DNA from: Gammaproteobacteria bacterium
Lineage (GTDB): Bacteria > Pseudomonadota > Gammaproteobacteria > Arenicellales > Poriferihabitantaceae
Direction: 5' to 3'
DNA length: 59,712 nt
NCBI GenBank assembly: GCA_028817015.1
Contig: JAPPQJ010000028.1
Coordinates: 1 to 59,712, forward strand
Shown here: one piece after another, positions 30,906-40,121 of the stretch
How positions within the stretch are numbered: position 1 is the stretch's first letter
Layout: each line of letters begins with the position of its first letter
Notes under the pieces: generated by a model
What the model saw: only the letters and a program-made list of their open reading frames with translations
Database searches by the model: none
What the model was told of the DNA's origin: nothing
Program-made: the position numbers and the translations under genes

Positions 30906-32171
30906 TCATCCCGGCGCAATGCGCCCGCGGTCCACGCGATACGCGGACATATCGATTCCCGGCTCGCGCCCGCACACCATGCGCGCCACTAATCGTCCGC
31001 TCTTGGCGCCGGCGGTCAGGCCGATGTGGTGATGGCCGCAGGCGAAAAACACCCGCGGGTGGCGCGGCGATGGCCCCAGCAAAGGCAAACTGTCGGTGGT
31101 GGCCGGGCGGTGGCCCAGCCATTGGTCGTGAGAATCGGCGCGCAAATCCGGCAACAGCTCGCGCGCGCTGCGCCGCAACATGGCCAGCGGTGCGGCGCGT
31201 GGTGCGGCGCGCAGGCCGCCGAACTCCACGGTGCCGGCCAGCCGCATGTCGCCGTCCATCGGCGTGGCCACCACCTTGCGCTGCGCATACATCACCGGCA
31301 TCCGCGGCCCGCCGCTGGCGTGGTGAAAATGCAGGTGATAGCCGCGCTCGCTTTCGATGGGCACATTGGCGCCGAATTTGCGCCCCAGCGGCCCCGACCA
31401 CGCCCCGGTGGCGATGACCGCCGCCTCCACTTCGATGCCATCGGCGGGCCCGCCGCGGGTGACGATGCCGACGCCGTTTTCGCGCGGGCGTAAATCGGCG
31501 ACTTCAGCGCGCAGCAGTTGGCCGCCGAGGCGCGTGACTTCGCCGGCTAATTCGGCCACATAATCGCCGGGCGAGGCGATGGATGCGTGGCCGCCGAGGC
31601 GCACCGCATAGCGGTGCGACGGCCCGAGCGCCGGCTCGACTTCGCGCACCGCGCCGCCTTCGATGTTGTCCCACGAGAAACCGGCCTCGGCGCGCAGATT
31701 CCAGGCCAGTCGTTCGGCCTCGAAAGCGGCGCGGTCGGGATAGACGAACAGGTAATCGCACGGGTGAATGCGCCGCGCCGCCGGGGTGCCGGCGGCCAAT
31801 ACGCGGTGTTCGTCAACGCTGTCGCTAATGAGCGGCGCCAAAGCCCGGGCGATGTATTCGGTGCGTGCGCGGCGCGCGTTGGCGGCGTAGGGCAGCAACC
31901 ACGGGAGGAGGCGCGGCAGATACGGCCAGCGCAGGAACAGCGGGCCGTCGCGCTCCAGCAGCATGCGCGGCGCGTGGCGCACCAGCCCCGGCGTGGGCAC
32001 CGGCACGATGGCGCAACACGCCAGGATGCCGGCGTTGCCTTGCGAGGCGCCGGCCGCCGGCCCGGCGCAGTCGATGACGATGACCCGCCTTCCCAAGCGC
32101 AACAGGTGCAGGGCGCAGGCGATGCCGACGATGCCGGCGCCGATGGTGGCCACAGTGGAGCCGGCGTTCAT
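30906..32171 (-). CDS. FAD-dependent oxidoreductase, DAO family (D-amino-acid dehydrogenase-like)
   Basis: 'VATIGAGIVGIACALHL...G..V.VID' dinucleotide fold and a C-terminal 'GHHHIGLTAGAKSGRL'. Start set at ATG 32171. Same strand as xseA and 19 nt upstream of it. Confidence 0.75.
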   Translation of the reverse strand: MNAGSTVATIGAGIVGIACALHLLRLGRRVIVIDCAGPAAGASQGNAGILACCAIVPVPTPGLVRHAPRMLLERDGPLFLRWPYLPRLLPWLLPYAANARRARTEYIARALAPLISDSVDEHRVLAAGTPAARRIHPCDYLFVYPDRAAFEAERLAWNLRAEAGFSWDNIEGGAVREVEPALGPSHRYAVRLGGHASIASPGDYVAELAGEVTRLGGQLLRAEVADLRPRENGVGIVTRGGPADGIEVEAAVIATGAWSGPLGRKFGANVPIESERGYHLHFHHASGGPRMPVMYAQRKVVATPMDGDMRLAGTVEFGGLRAAPRAAPLAMLRRSARELLPDLRADSHDQWLGHRPATTDSLPLLGPSPRHPRVFFACGHHHIGLTAGAKSGRLVARMVCGREPGIDMSAYRVDRGRIAPG

Positions 32172-32594
32172 TGCTTCAAAACAGGGTCGGGACCACGGAT
32201 GCGGTTTTCCCGTTACCATTTGGGCGGGATTTCATTCCCTTTCACGCCGGCCAGCCGATGGGCGAAATCGCTTGTCCCGGATTCGGGAACGGAAAACACG
32301 GCGGTTTTTCATGGAAAAGCAAAAAATCGGTCATCTTTTCGGTTTCTTACATACTCATGACCCTCGCGATATTATCAGGGGTGCGGCGAGGCGCCAATGG
32401 CGCTTTGATTTTACCTGAAAGAGATCCCGGACACCCGCGGTTGCCGGGCGCCTGGTGGGCTTGGATTGCGCGCGGCAGGGGAGATGCAGCGCTTGGGGGC
32501 GCCGGTATAACAGCGGCTTTCTTTTCTGCGCCACCCGCTCCCGGGGGGAGAGGGAAAACCCAACCGCCCCTTCAATCGAACTTGGCCGCTTATG

Positions 32595-32623
32595 TTACAC
32601 CGCTTGCTGTTTTGTGCTAAATT
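32595..32623 (+). promoter_or_regulatory. Promoter candidate for the rpsP operon (TTACAC-N17-TAAATT with an extended -10 TG)
   Basis: TTACAC at 32595-32600, 17-nt spacer, TGcTAAATT ending at 32623. SD GGGGAG at about 32652-32657 precedes ATG 32667. Confidence 0.55.
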
Positions 32624-32666
32624 CGCGCCTTTGGCAACAACCATTGCAGGTGGGGAGCAGTCAGCC

Positions 32667-33077
32667 ATGGTAACTATTCGTTTGTCTCGGGGCGGGTCGA
32701 AAAAGCGGCCGTTTTATTCCATTTTAGTCGCGGATCAACGCTGGCCGGCGCGCGGGCGCTTCATTGAAAGGGTGGGTTTCTACAACCCGATCGCGGTGGG
32801 CCGGGAGGTGAAACTGCGCATCGACACCGATCAGGTTGACCACTGGGTCAGCCTGGGTGCCCAGCCCAGCAAACGGGTCAGCCAACTGTATAAGCAGGCC
32901 AAGGCGGCATCAACGGCGGATCCGGTCAAGGAGGAGAAACCGGGGGCGCTCGATAATCCGGCGCAACCCGCAAAGGCGGCGGAGCCCGCTGAATCTTCAT
33001 CTTCTGACACCGCCAAGTTGGCCGAATCCGCCGAGTCGCCGGGCCCTGTTGAGTCCCAGCCGGCAAAACCCGCCTAA
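32667..33077 (+). CDS. rpsP: 30S ribosomal protein S16 with a 56-aa low-complexity C-terminal tail
   Basis: '[39 protein letters not shown]' is collinear with E. coli S16 for about 80 aa, followed by an A/P/E/S/K-rich tail. Start moved to ATG 32667. Confidence 0.95.
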   Translation: MVTIRLSRGGSKKRPFYSILVADQRWPARGRFIERVGFYNPIAVGREVKLRIDTDQVDHWVSLGAQPSKRVSQLYKQAKAASTADPVKEEKPGALDNPAQPAKAAEPAESSSSDTAKLAESAESPGPVESQPAKPA

Positions 33078-33128
33078 CCGGTTAAATCGGGGCGGAGGTC
33101 ACGGGCGGGGGCCATTTGGTGCAAGGCG

Positions 33129-33722
33129 ATGAGGGTGGTGAAAGACGGCCATGCGGCGGCTGTGTCTCCCGAACCGGGCCGCATTGAGGCGCATGAAGCG
33201 TCACCGGCGGCTCCGGTGATCGTGGGAAAAATTGCCGCCCAATACGGCGTAAAGGGCTGGGTCAAGGTCTGTTCATATACCCGCCCGGCGGAACAGATTT
33301 TGGGTTACCGCCGATGGGTGCTGGCGGAGGGGCCCGATGCAAGCGACGGGCGGTCCGTGCAGGTTGTGTCCACCAGGCGGCAGTCGCAAAAACTGCTGGC
33401 CAAACTGGCCGGAGTCGATGACCGCAACGCATCCGCGGGCCTGGCTGGAAAGTGGATCGCGATTGCGCCGTCGCAACTGGCTTGTCTGCCGGAAGGGGAA
33501 TATTACTGGAGCGATCTAATCGGTCTGGCGGTGGTCAACCAGGATGGCGTCGAGCTGGGCAGGGTGGACCACCTGGTCGAGACCGGCGCCAATGATGTGC
33601 TGGTGATACGCCGGGACGGCGAGGCCAAAGAGCGGCTGGTGCCCTGGAGCCCGGATGCGATCATCGACGTTGACACTGAAAGCCGGCGCATCCGGGTGGG
33701 ATGGGATGCGCATTTCGATTAG
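33129..33722 (+). CDS. rimM: 16S rRNA processing protein RimM
   Basis: 'VIVGKIAAQYGVKGWVKV', a PRC-barrel C-terminus, and position rpsP-rimM-trmD. The N-terminus is longer than usual, so the start is uncertain. Confidence 0.88.
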   Translation: MRVVKDGHAAAVSPEPGRIEAHEASPAAPVIVGKIAAQYGVKGWVKVCSYTRPAEQILGYRRWVLAEGPDASDGRSVQVVSTRRQSQKLLAKLAGVDDRNASAGLAGKWIAIAPSQLACLPEGEYYWSDLIGLAVVNQDGVELGRVDHLVETGANDVLVIRRDGEAKERLVPWSPDAIIDVDTESRRIRVGWDAHFD

Positions 33723-33766
33723 TGGCCGGCGGCGAACAGGTCGAATGAGTCGAACGGGTTAAAGCA

Positions 33767-34537
33767 GTGGACATCGCGGTGCTGAGCATATTTCCGCGCA
33801 TGTTCAACGCGGTTTTGGAGAACGGAATTTCCGCGCGAGCCTTGCACGCAGGCGCGCTGGCGGTGAGGCTGTGGAATCCACGGGATTTCACCGACGACGC
33901 GCATCGCACGGTGGACCAGCGTCCGTATGGCGGCGGCGCCGGGATGCTGATGAAACCGGCGCCATTGGCGGCTGCCATCGATGCCGCCAGGCGGGTAAAT
34001 GACGGGCCGGTGGTGTATCTCTCGCCTCAGGGCGAGCGGCTCGACCAGCGGATGCTGGACGAACTGGCCAGGTTGCCGGCGTTGATACTGCTGGCCGGAA
34101 GGTATGAGGGCATCGACGAGCGCATCGTGCAAAGCCGGGTGGACCGGGAAATATCGCTTGGCGACTATGTGTTGGCCGGCGGGGAGCTGGCGGCGATGGT
34201 GGTGATCGAAGGCGTCGCGCGCTTGTTGCCCGGCGTGCTGGGCAATCAGCAGTCGGCCCGCCAGGATTCGTTCTCGGCGGATTCGCAACCCTGCCCGCTG
34301 CTGGACTGCCCCCATTATACTCGGCCCGAAGTTTTCGAGGGCCGTGCCGTGCCCGCGGTGTTGCTGAGCGGCAACCACGGCGAGATACGGCGCTGGCGTC
34401 TAATGCAGGCGCTCGGCAGGACCAGCGAGCGCCGGCCCGAGTTGTTGGCCGGTCTCAAACTGGACCGCCGGCAATCTGAGTTACTGAAGGCCTATCGGCG
34501 CGGGAAAAATTTTCAATCGGAGCGAGGCGATGACTAA
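33767..34537 (+). CDS. trmD: tRNA (guanine37-N1)-methyltransferase TrmD
   Basis: '[11 protein letters not shown]', '[15 protein letters not shown]', 'GRYEGIDER' and '[16 protein letters not shown]'. GTG start. Confidence 0.95.
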   Translation: MDIAVLSIFPRMFNAVLENGISARALHAGALAVRLWNPRDFTDDAHRTVDQRPYGGGAGMLMKPAPLAAAIDAARRVNDGPVVYLSPQGERLDQRMLDELARLPALILLAGRYEGIDERIVQSRVDREISLGDYVLAGGELAAMVVIEGVARLLPGVLGNQQSARQDSFSADSQPCPLLDCPHYTRPEVFEGRAVPAVLLSGNHGEIRRWRLMQALGRTSERRPELLAGLKLDRRQSELLKAYRRGKNFQSERGDD

Positions 34538-34880
34538 CATTATTGATCAAATCGAAAGCGAACAGTGCAAACAGGATTTGCCCGAGTTTGGCCCCGGCGA
34601 CACGGTCAGGGTTCAGGTGCGGGTGCGTGAAGGCAGCCGCGAGCGCCTCCAGGCCTATGAGGGCGTGGTGCTGGCAAAGAAAAACCGCGGGCTCAACTCG
34701 TCTTTTACGGTTCGGAAGATGACCGGCGGCGAGGGCGTCGAGCGCGTGTTCCAGACCCACAGCCCGTTGATCGCCGCCATCGAGGTGGTGCGCCGCGGCG
34801 ATGTGCGGCGCGCCAAGTTGTATTATTTGCGGGAGCGAACCGGCAAAGCGGCGCGCATCAAGGAGAAAGTCCGCGTCTGA
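34530..34880 (+). CDS. rplS: 50S ribosomal protein L19
   Basis: '[26 protein letters not shown]' and 'RRAKLYYLR'. 8-nt overlap with trmD. Confidence 0.96.
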   Translation: MTNIIDQIESEQCKQDLPEFGPGDTVRVQVRVREGSRERLQAYEGVVLAKKNRGLNSSFTVRKMTGGEGVERVFQTHSPLIAAIEVVRRGDVRRAKLYYLRERTGKAARIKEKVRV

Positions 34881-34881
34881 C

Positions 34882-36810
34882 ATGCCGGCGCGGGCATTTA
34901 CCGCAACCCGGAGCGGGAACCTCAGCAGCGGAGTGTTGGCGGGCCGATGCGGCGTCCGCCGCCGTTTACCCGTGCGGCGGTTATGTGCGCTTTGTGCACT
35001 TTGTGCGCTGGGGTGGCTGCCGCTAATCGGTGCCACGGGCGACAGCCTGGCGCAGACATCCGGGCCGGTCGCAGGTCCGGCGTCGTTTTCCCCGCCGCCG
35101 AGCGCGCAGGAATTGGCCCGCGTGCAAAACCTGGTGCGTGCCAATGTGCTCGGGCTGGCGCAGGAAGTGCTGGAGGCCCGGGGAGCGGCGCCGCAGCCGA
35201 CGCCGCGATGGCTGCAATGGGAGCGGCAACTGTGGGCGGTTTACCGGCTCCGGGGGCGCTGGCAAAAACTGTATGAGCGCACCCGGCAACTGCCGCCGGA
35301 CTTTCCCCGCGAAATCCTCCGCGAAGCGCATTTGCAGGCCGTCAAAGCGCTGACCTCGATGAGTCAGGGAAGCGCGGCGCGGCGTTTGATTAGACAGCAA
35401 CTGCTGGATGCGGATGCGCCACCGCGCCATCGGTGGCAACTCAGGCAATCGCTGGTCACAGCCTATCTGAACGATGACCTGCTGCATGAGGCGCGCATTG
35501 CGCTGGAGCGCCTCCACCACGACTACGGTGCCTGGGAAACCGACTCGCTGTTGCTGAGCGCCGCCGTGATGTTGCGCTCGGGCGATGCCGATGCGGCCGT
35601 CAACCTGCTTGCTCCGCTCGACCAGCCGGCCGCCCGCCTGCTCAGGTTATACGCCCGCCTCACCAACCGCACCCTGGCCCCCGGCCAGGTGGTCGAGCGC
35701 GCGAGTGCGCTGCTGGAGACGCCGCAGGGCCGGTCTGTGGCGCGCGAAATTCGGGCGGTGATCGCGCAGGCCCATCTGCAAGCGGGCGCGTTCTACCCGC
35801 TGGTCGATGCGCTTGAAGTCTATCTGCTGGCACCGGTTGCCCGTGACCTTGAGTTGAGCGGGGTCTATCCGCACTTCGAGGTGCCGGATTTATTCGACGC
35901 CTATGCCCGGGTTGCCCGCGACCAGGTCAACCAGGCCGGCCTGCTGGTCGGCGAGGAGCACGCCTGGCTGGAGCGCGCCCGCCAACTGCCGCTGGCCACG
36001 GGGGTGGGGCGCAAGGCGCTGTTCGCCCATCTGGCCGCCACCGCAGCCCGCGGTTCAGCGCTTCGCCGGGGCGCGTTGGACGGCTATGTCAACGCGCTCA
36101 TCGACACCGACCGCATCGCCCTGATAGCACGCCTGTTCGGCCCGGGCGCCATGTTAGGCGAGTTATCACTCGGCGGCCAGGCCGGGCTGCGCCTGGCCGC
36201 CCATGCGCTGTCGAAGGGCGATTTCGATCTGGCCGCCGAGGCCAATGCCAACTTGCTGGGATTCCCTGTCGGGCTGGACCGCAAGGCGTGGCTGCTGCAG
36301 GCCGGGCGGATTGACATCTTTGCCGGCCGCCACCGGCGCGGCGCTGACAAACTCGAGCAATGGGTCCAGTCTTTCAGCCGTTTCGATGCGGCACAGACCG
36401 ACGCCATTTTGCAACCCATTTTTGACCTGCAAATGGTGGGGCGGCATCGACTGGCGCTGGCTTTGCTGCACAAAGTCAATGAGCGCGCGCCGCCCGGCAA
36501 ACATCAGCGCGAAATCGCCTACTGGCTGGCCGAATCCTATGCCGGCAGCGGGCAATACCACCAGGCCGCGGACTTGTTCCTGCACTCCGCGCTGCAAGCG
36601 CCCGACAGTTTTGACCCGTGGGGCAGGGCGGCGCGTTCTCGCGCCGCCGAAGCGCTGATGGACGGCGGACTGTTCGAGGACGCCAGGCGTCTGTTCCAGG
36701 ACCTGCTGGCCGGCGCCGCCTCCGACGCCAGCCGCAACTCGCTGCGTCAAAAACTACAGCGCATACGGCTGCTTGAATCCGGTTATGAGCCGCCAAATGA
36801 CCGGGAATGA
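34882..36810 (+). CDS. Hypothetical exported alpha-helical (TPR-like?) protein, 642 aa, no recognised family
   Basis: ORF 34801..36810. Start set at ATG 34882, 2 nt after the rplS stop. The hydrophobic N-terminus 'LCALCALCALGWLPLIGATGDSLAQ' looks like a signal peptide. G/C dominates third codon positions throughout, consistent with real coding. The sequence is Leu/Ala/Arg-rich and I recognise no catalytic motif. Confidence 0.6.
   Translation: MPARAFTATRSGNLSSGVLAGRCGVRRRLPVRRLCALCALCALGWLPLIGATGDSLAQTSGPVAGPASFSPPPSAQELARVQNLVRANVLGLAQEVLEARGAAPQPTPRWLQWERQLWAVYRLRGRWQKLYERTRQLPPDFPREILREAHLQAVKALTSMSQGSAARRLIRQQLLDADAPPRHRWQLRQSLVTAYLNDDLLHEARIALERLHHDYGAWETDSLLLSAAVMLRSGDADAAVNLLAPLDQPAARLLRLYARLTNRTLAPGQVVERASALLETPQGRSVAREIRAVIAQAHLQAGAFYPLVDALEVYLLAPVARDLELSGVYPHFEVPDLFDAYARVARDQVNQAGLLVGEEHAWLERARQLPLATGVGRKALFAHLAATAARGSALRRGALDGYVNALIDTDRIALIARLFGPGAMLGELSLGGQAGLRLAAHALSKGDFDLAAEANANLLGFPVGLDRKAWLLQAGRIDIFAGRHRRGADKLEQWVQSFSRFDAAQTDAILQPIFDLQMVGRHRLALALLHKVNERAPPGKHQREIAYWLAESYAGSGQYHQAADLFLHSALQAPDSFDPWGRAARSRAAEALMDGGLFEDARRLFQDLLAGAASDASRNSLRQKLQRIRLLESGYEPPNDRE
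34984..35010 (+). repeat. 9-nt tandem repeat x3 (TGTGCGCTT / TGTGCACTT / TGTGCGCTG) encoding CAL-CAL-CAL in the signal peptide
   Basis: Read directly. It is in frame with the 34882 CDS. Confidence 0.9.
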
Positions 36811-36817
36811 GCGCCAA

Positions 36818-37723
36818 ATGACCGGCGAACCGCCCGGCGACGACCACCGCATCATCGATGAATTTCTGGATTCGGCCTGGCTGCAGTCGGGCCTGAGCGA
36901 CAACACGCTGGCGGCCTACCGCAGCGACCTGCGCAAGTTCACGGGTTGGCTTCACCATCGCAACCGCTCGCTGACCACGGCCGGCGTGCGCCTGCTGCAA
37001 ACCTATCTCGGTGACCGCGCGGCGCTTCAGTCGGCGCGCAGCGCAGCGCGCGCGCTGTCGACTCTGAAGCGGTTTTACCGCTACGCCGCGGCCGGCGGGT
37101 TGATGGACCGCGACCCCTGCGCCGAAATCGCGGCGCCGGCCATCGGCCGCTCCTTGCCTGTGACTCTTTCTGAGCGGCAAGTTGAGCGACTGCTCGATGC
37201 GCCCGATACCGGCACCGGGTTGGGGCTGCGCGACCGTGCGATGTTGGAGATGCTGTATGCCACCGGTTTCAGGGTCAGCGAGATGGTCAATGTGGAACTC
37301 GGCCAACTGGACCTGAACGCGGGGATATGCCACACCATCGGCAAGGGCAGCAAGGAGCGCCTGGTGCCGCTGGGTGAAGTGGCGGTGGACTGGCTGAGGC
37401 GCTATTTAGCCGAGGCTCGAACCGATCTGATCGGGCAAAATCAAAGCCCCGCGGTGTTCATAACCCGGCGCGGCAAGGCGATGACGCGCCAGGCATTATG
37501 GCGCAACATTCGCCGCTATGCGGCCATGGCCGGGGTGGCCGGCAACCTGTCCCCGCATATGTTGCGCCACGCTTTTGCCACCCACCTGCTCAACCACGGC
37601 GCCGATCTTCGCAGCGTGCAAATGTTGCTCGGGCATTCCAGTTTGTCCACCACCCAGATCTACACGCAGGTCGCCGGGGAGCGCTTGAAATCCTTGCATC
37701 GCCAGCATCATCCGCGCGGATAG
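36818..37723 (+). CDS. xerD: Site-specific tyrosine recombinase XerD
   Basis: Collinear with E. coli XerD: 'IDEFLDSAWLQSGLSDNTLAAYRSDL', 'LRDRAMLEMLYATGFRVSE', 'GKGSKERLVPLG' and 'SPHMLRHAFATHLLNHGADLRSVQMLLGHSSLSTTQIYT'. Start chosen at ATG 36818, just after the upstream stop. 36773, 36785 and 36797 are alternatives. Confidence 0.93.
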   Translation: MTGEPPGDDHRIIDEFLDSAWLQSGLSDNTLAAYRSDLRKFTGWLHHRNRSLTTAGVRLLQTYLGDRAALQSARSAARALSTLKRFYRYAAAGGLMDRDPCAEIAAPAIGRSLPVTLSERQVERLLDAPDTGTGLGLRDRAMLEMLYATGFRVSEMVNVELGQLDLNAGICHTIGKGSKERLVPLGEVAVDWLRRYLAEARTDLIGQNQSPAVFITRRGKAMTRQALWRNIRRYAAMAGVAGNLSPHMLRHAFATHLLNHGADLRSVQMLLGHSSLSTTQIYTQVAGERLKSLHRQHHPRG

Positions 37724-37728
37724 CGCGG
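37712..37728 (+). terminator. GC hairpin spanning the xerD stop codon, followed by T-rich DNA (weak terminator candidate)
   Basis: CCGCGC(37712-17)-GGATA-GCGCGG(37723-28). The T-tracts begin about 10 nt downstream, so the spacing is non-canonical. Confidence 0.3.
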
Positions 37729-37794
37729 TCAACTGGTTTGTGTTTTTCTTTATTAATCAGGTTAATATTTGTCTTTTTGGATTTGTTTTGTTAG

Positions 37795-39972
37795 ATGCCG
37801 AAACCGCCAACCACCGAGCCGGCCGCCGATGATCTGTCCAAGCCCGCTGTTCGGCAAGCCTGCCACTGGGTGACCTCGCAATGCCGCCCCGGCGCTGAGC
37901 ACGCCGAAGGCACGGAGGAAGCCCTGCAGTCCGGCAGGGAAGCGGTGGAAATTTTGCGGCCCTTAGGCGTCGATGGCCAGGGCCTGTCAGTCGCGCTGCT
38001 GCAACCGCTGCTGCCCGTCGATGAAAAAGAGCAGGCCCGCATCGCCGAGCGCTTCGGCGCCGCGACCCTGGAGCTGTTGCAGCGCACCGCGCAGATGCGG
38101 CAACTGTCGGCGTTGTCGCGGCGCGGCGCGGACGCCAGGGCCGGCCGGGGCGCCCGGGTCGATGACGAGAACCTGCGCAAGATGCTGATCGCGATGGTCG
38201 ATGACCTGCGCGTGGTGTTGATCGAACTGGCCCGGCACCTGGTCGCGCTGCGCCGGGCCAGGCGGGCCGCGGCGGCGCAGCAGGCGGCCCTTGGGCGCAT
38301 CACCCTGGAGGTGTATGCGCCGCTGGCCAACCGGCTCGGCATACGGCAGATGAAGTGGCAGATGGAAGACCACGCGCTGCATTTCCTGGAGCCGGAGGAA
38401 TACCGCAATTTAGCCGCGGCCCTGGATGAAAAACGCGCCGCCCGGGAGCGATACATCGGCGAATTCACCGCCGTGGTGGGGGCCGCGTTGGCCGATTCGG
38501 GAATCGCCGGCCAGGTGCACGGCCGTCCCAAGCACCTGTTCGGCATCTGGAAAAAAATGCGGCACAAGGGCCTGGCGTTTGAAGACCTCCAGGACATTCG
38601 GGCGCTGCGCATCGTGGTTGACAGCGTGGCCGACTGCTATGCGGCGTTGGCCGTGGTGCACACTCGCTGGCGCTGTCTGCCCGAGGAGTTTACCGACTAC
38701 ATCGCCACTCCCAAGGCCAACGGCTACCGTTCCATTCACACGGTCATCATCGGGCCGCGCGGCCAGACCGTGGAAGTGCAAATCCGAACCGGCGAGATGC
38801 ACCGGCACAGCGAACTGGGGGTGGCCGCCCACTGGCGCTACAAGGAGAATGTGCGCGGCGACGAAAGCATCGACAACAAGATCGTCCGCCTGCGGCAACT
38901 GCTGCAATGGAAGGAGGAAATGCGCGATGCCGGAGCGTGGGCGGACGGCGGCGGCGATGCCCCCGCCGCGCCGGGCGAAGACCGGGTCTATGTATTCACT
39001 CCCAAGGGCATGGTCATCGACCTGCCGGGCGGCTCGACGCCGGTTGATTTCGCCTATGCCATCCACACCCAGGTCGGGCACCGCATCCGCGGCGCGCTGG
39101 TCAACGGCAAAATGGCGCCCCTCAGCCAGCGCCTGGAAACCGGCCAGCAAGTGCATATCCAAACCGCCCGCGGCGGGCGGCCGAGCCGCGACTGGCTGCG
39201 CAAGGAGCTCGGCTATGTGCGCACCCGCCGCGCCCGCAACCGCATCGCCCTGTGGTTTAAGCGCGCCGACTATGCACAGCACCTGGCCGAGGGGCGCGCC
39301 CTGCTTGAGCGCGAGTTATCGCGCCTGGGGCTGGAGGATTTAAGTTACGACAAAATCGCCCGCGCCACGCACTTCAACAAAGCCGACGATTTGCTCGCGG
39401 CGCTGGGTGCCGGCGACTTCAAACTGTCCCGGGCGCTGGCGCCGTTTCGCCGCGCCCGGCGGCCCGTCGAACCGCCGCCGCCCCGGCCGCCCAAACCGCA
39501 GGCGGCGCCCCGGGGCGCGCACGCCGGCGACTTCAGCGTCAGCGGCGTGGGCAATTTGCTGACCCGCATGGCCAACTGCTGCAGCCCGGTTCCCGGCGAC
39601 CCCATCGTCGGCTTTATCACCGTCGGGCGCGGGGTGAGCATTCACCGCCGCGACTGCGCCAACCTGCAAAACCTCGACGCGCCGCGCCGCGAGCGCCTGA
39701 TCGAAGTGCGCTGGGGCAAATCCGGCCCCGCCTCGTGGCCGGTCGAACTGCGCATTTCGGCATACCACCGCAGCGGCCTGCTGCACGACATCACGCAGTT
39801 GTTTCAGGATGAAAAAGTCGCGGTGTTGAAGTTGAACCTGGAAGCCGGTCACGAGAACAGCGCGACCATTCAAGTGGCGCTGGAAATATCCGGGTTGAAA
39901 AAACTCAACCGGATTTTGCGCCGCCTGGAGCGGGTGCCGGATGTCCTGCAAGTCAGGCGCGCGGCCTCGTAA
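37795..39972 (+). CDS. relA: GTP pyrophosphokinase RelA ((p)ppGpp synthetase I)
   Basis: 725 aa. The N-terminal pseudo-hydrolase region has no visible HD motif. Synthetase motifs 'PKHLFGIWKKM', 'DIRALRIVV' and 'YRSIHTVI', plus TGS ('VYVFTPKG..IDLP.GSTPVDFAYAIHT.VG') and ACT C-terminal domains. Confidence 0.9.
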   Translation: MPKPPTTEPAADDLSKPAVRQACHWVTSQCRPGAEHAEGTEEALQSGREAVEILRPLGVDGQGLSVALLQPLLPVDEKEQARIAERFGAATLELLQRTAQMRQLSALSRRGADARAGRGARVDDENLRKMLIAMVDDLRVVLIELARHLVALRRARRAAAAQQAALGRITLEVYAPLANRLGIRQMKWQMEDHALHFLEPEEYRNLAAALDEKRAARERYIGEFTAVVGAALADSGIAGQVHGRPKHLFGIWKKMRHKGLAFEDLQDIRALRIVVDSVADCYAALAVVHTRWRCLPEEFTDYIATPKANGYRSIHTVIIGPRGQTVEVQIRTGEMHRHSELGVAAHWRYKENVRGDESIDNKIVRLRQLLQWKEEMRDAGAWADGGGDAPAAPGEDRVYVFTPKGMVIDLPGGSTPVDFAYAIHTQVGHRIRGALVNGKMAPLSQRLETGQQVHIQTARGGRPSRDWLRKELGYVRTRRARNRIALWFKRADYAQHLAEGRALLERELSRLGLEDLSYDKIARATHFNKADDLLAALGAGDFKLSRALAPFRRARRPVEPPPPRPPKPQAAPRGAHAGDFSVSGVGNLLTRMANCCSPVPGDPIVGFITVGRGVSIHRRDCANLQNLDAPRRERLIEVRWGKSGPASWPVELRISAYHRSGLLHDITQLFQDEKVAVLKLNLEAGHENSATIQVALEISGLKKLNRILRRLERVPDVLQVRRAAS

Positions 39973-40110
39973 TGCGCTTTCAGTCAACCGCCGGGCGCGG
40001 CTGACGCCCCCGCCACCCGCTGGCCGGCGGTGCCCGCCGCAATCCCTGATCTGCAAGCAGCCCAATGCCCAACGGGTGGGTGCCGTACCGACTCGTTCCG
40101 GGCGCGCGGA

Positions 40111-40121
40111 TGTGCTAAATT
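40111..40121 (+). promoter_or_regulatory. Extended -10 element (TGTGcTAAATT) upstream of gyrA
   Basis: TAAATT at 40116-40121 is preceded by TG one base upstream. The same 14-mer, TGTGCTAAATTCGC, occurs at the rpsP promoter. No good -35. Confidence 0.4.

Noticed and set aside
36791-36826. 14-nt direct repeat CGCCAAATGACCGG (36791-36804 and 36813-36826) across the hypothetical-gene/xerD junction
   Set aside because: The repeat is real in the sequence, but it most simply reflects a small local duplication that creates alternative xerD ATGs (36797 and 36818). There is no evidence of a recombination site such as dif, or of a mobile-element boundary.
36818-37723. Tyrosine recombinase as a marker of an integrative element
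   Set aside because: The sequence is collinear with chromosomal XerD. The flanks are housekeeping genes (rplS operon, relA). I saw no att-like repeats, phage genes or transposase genes.
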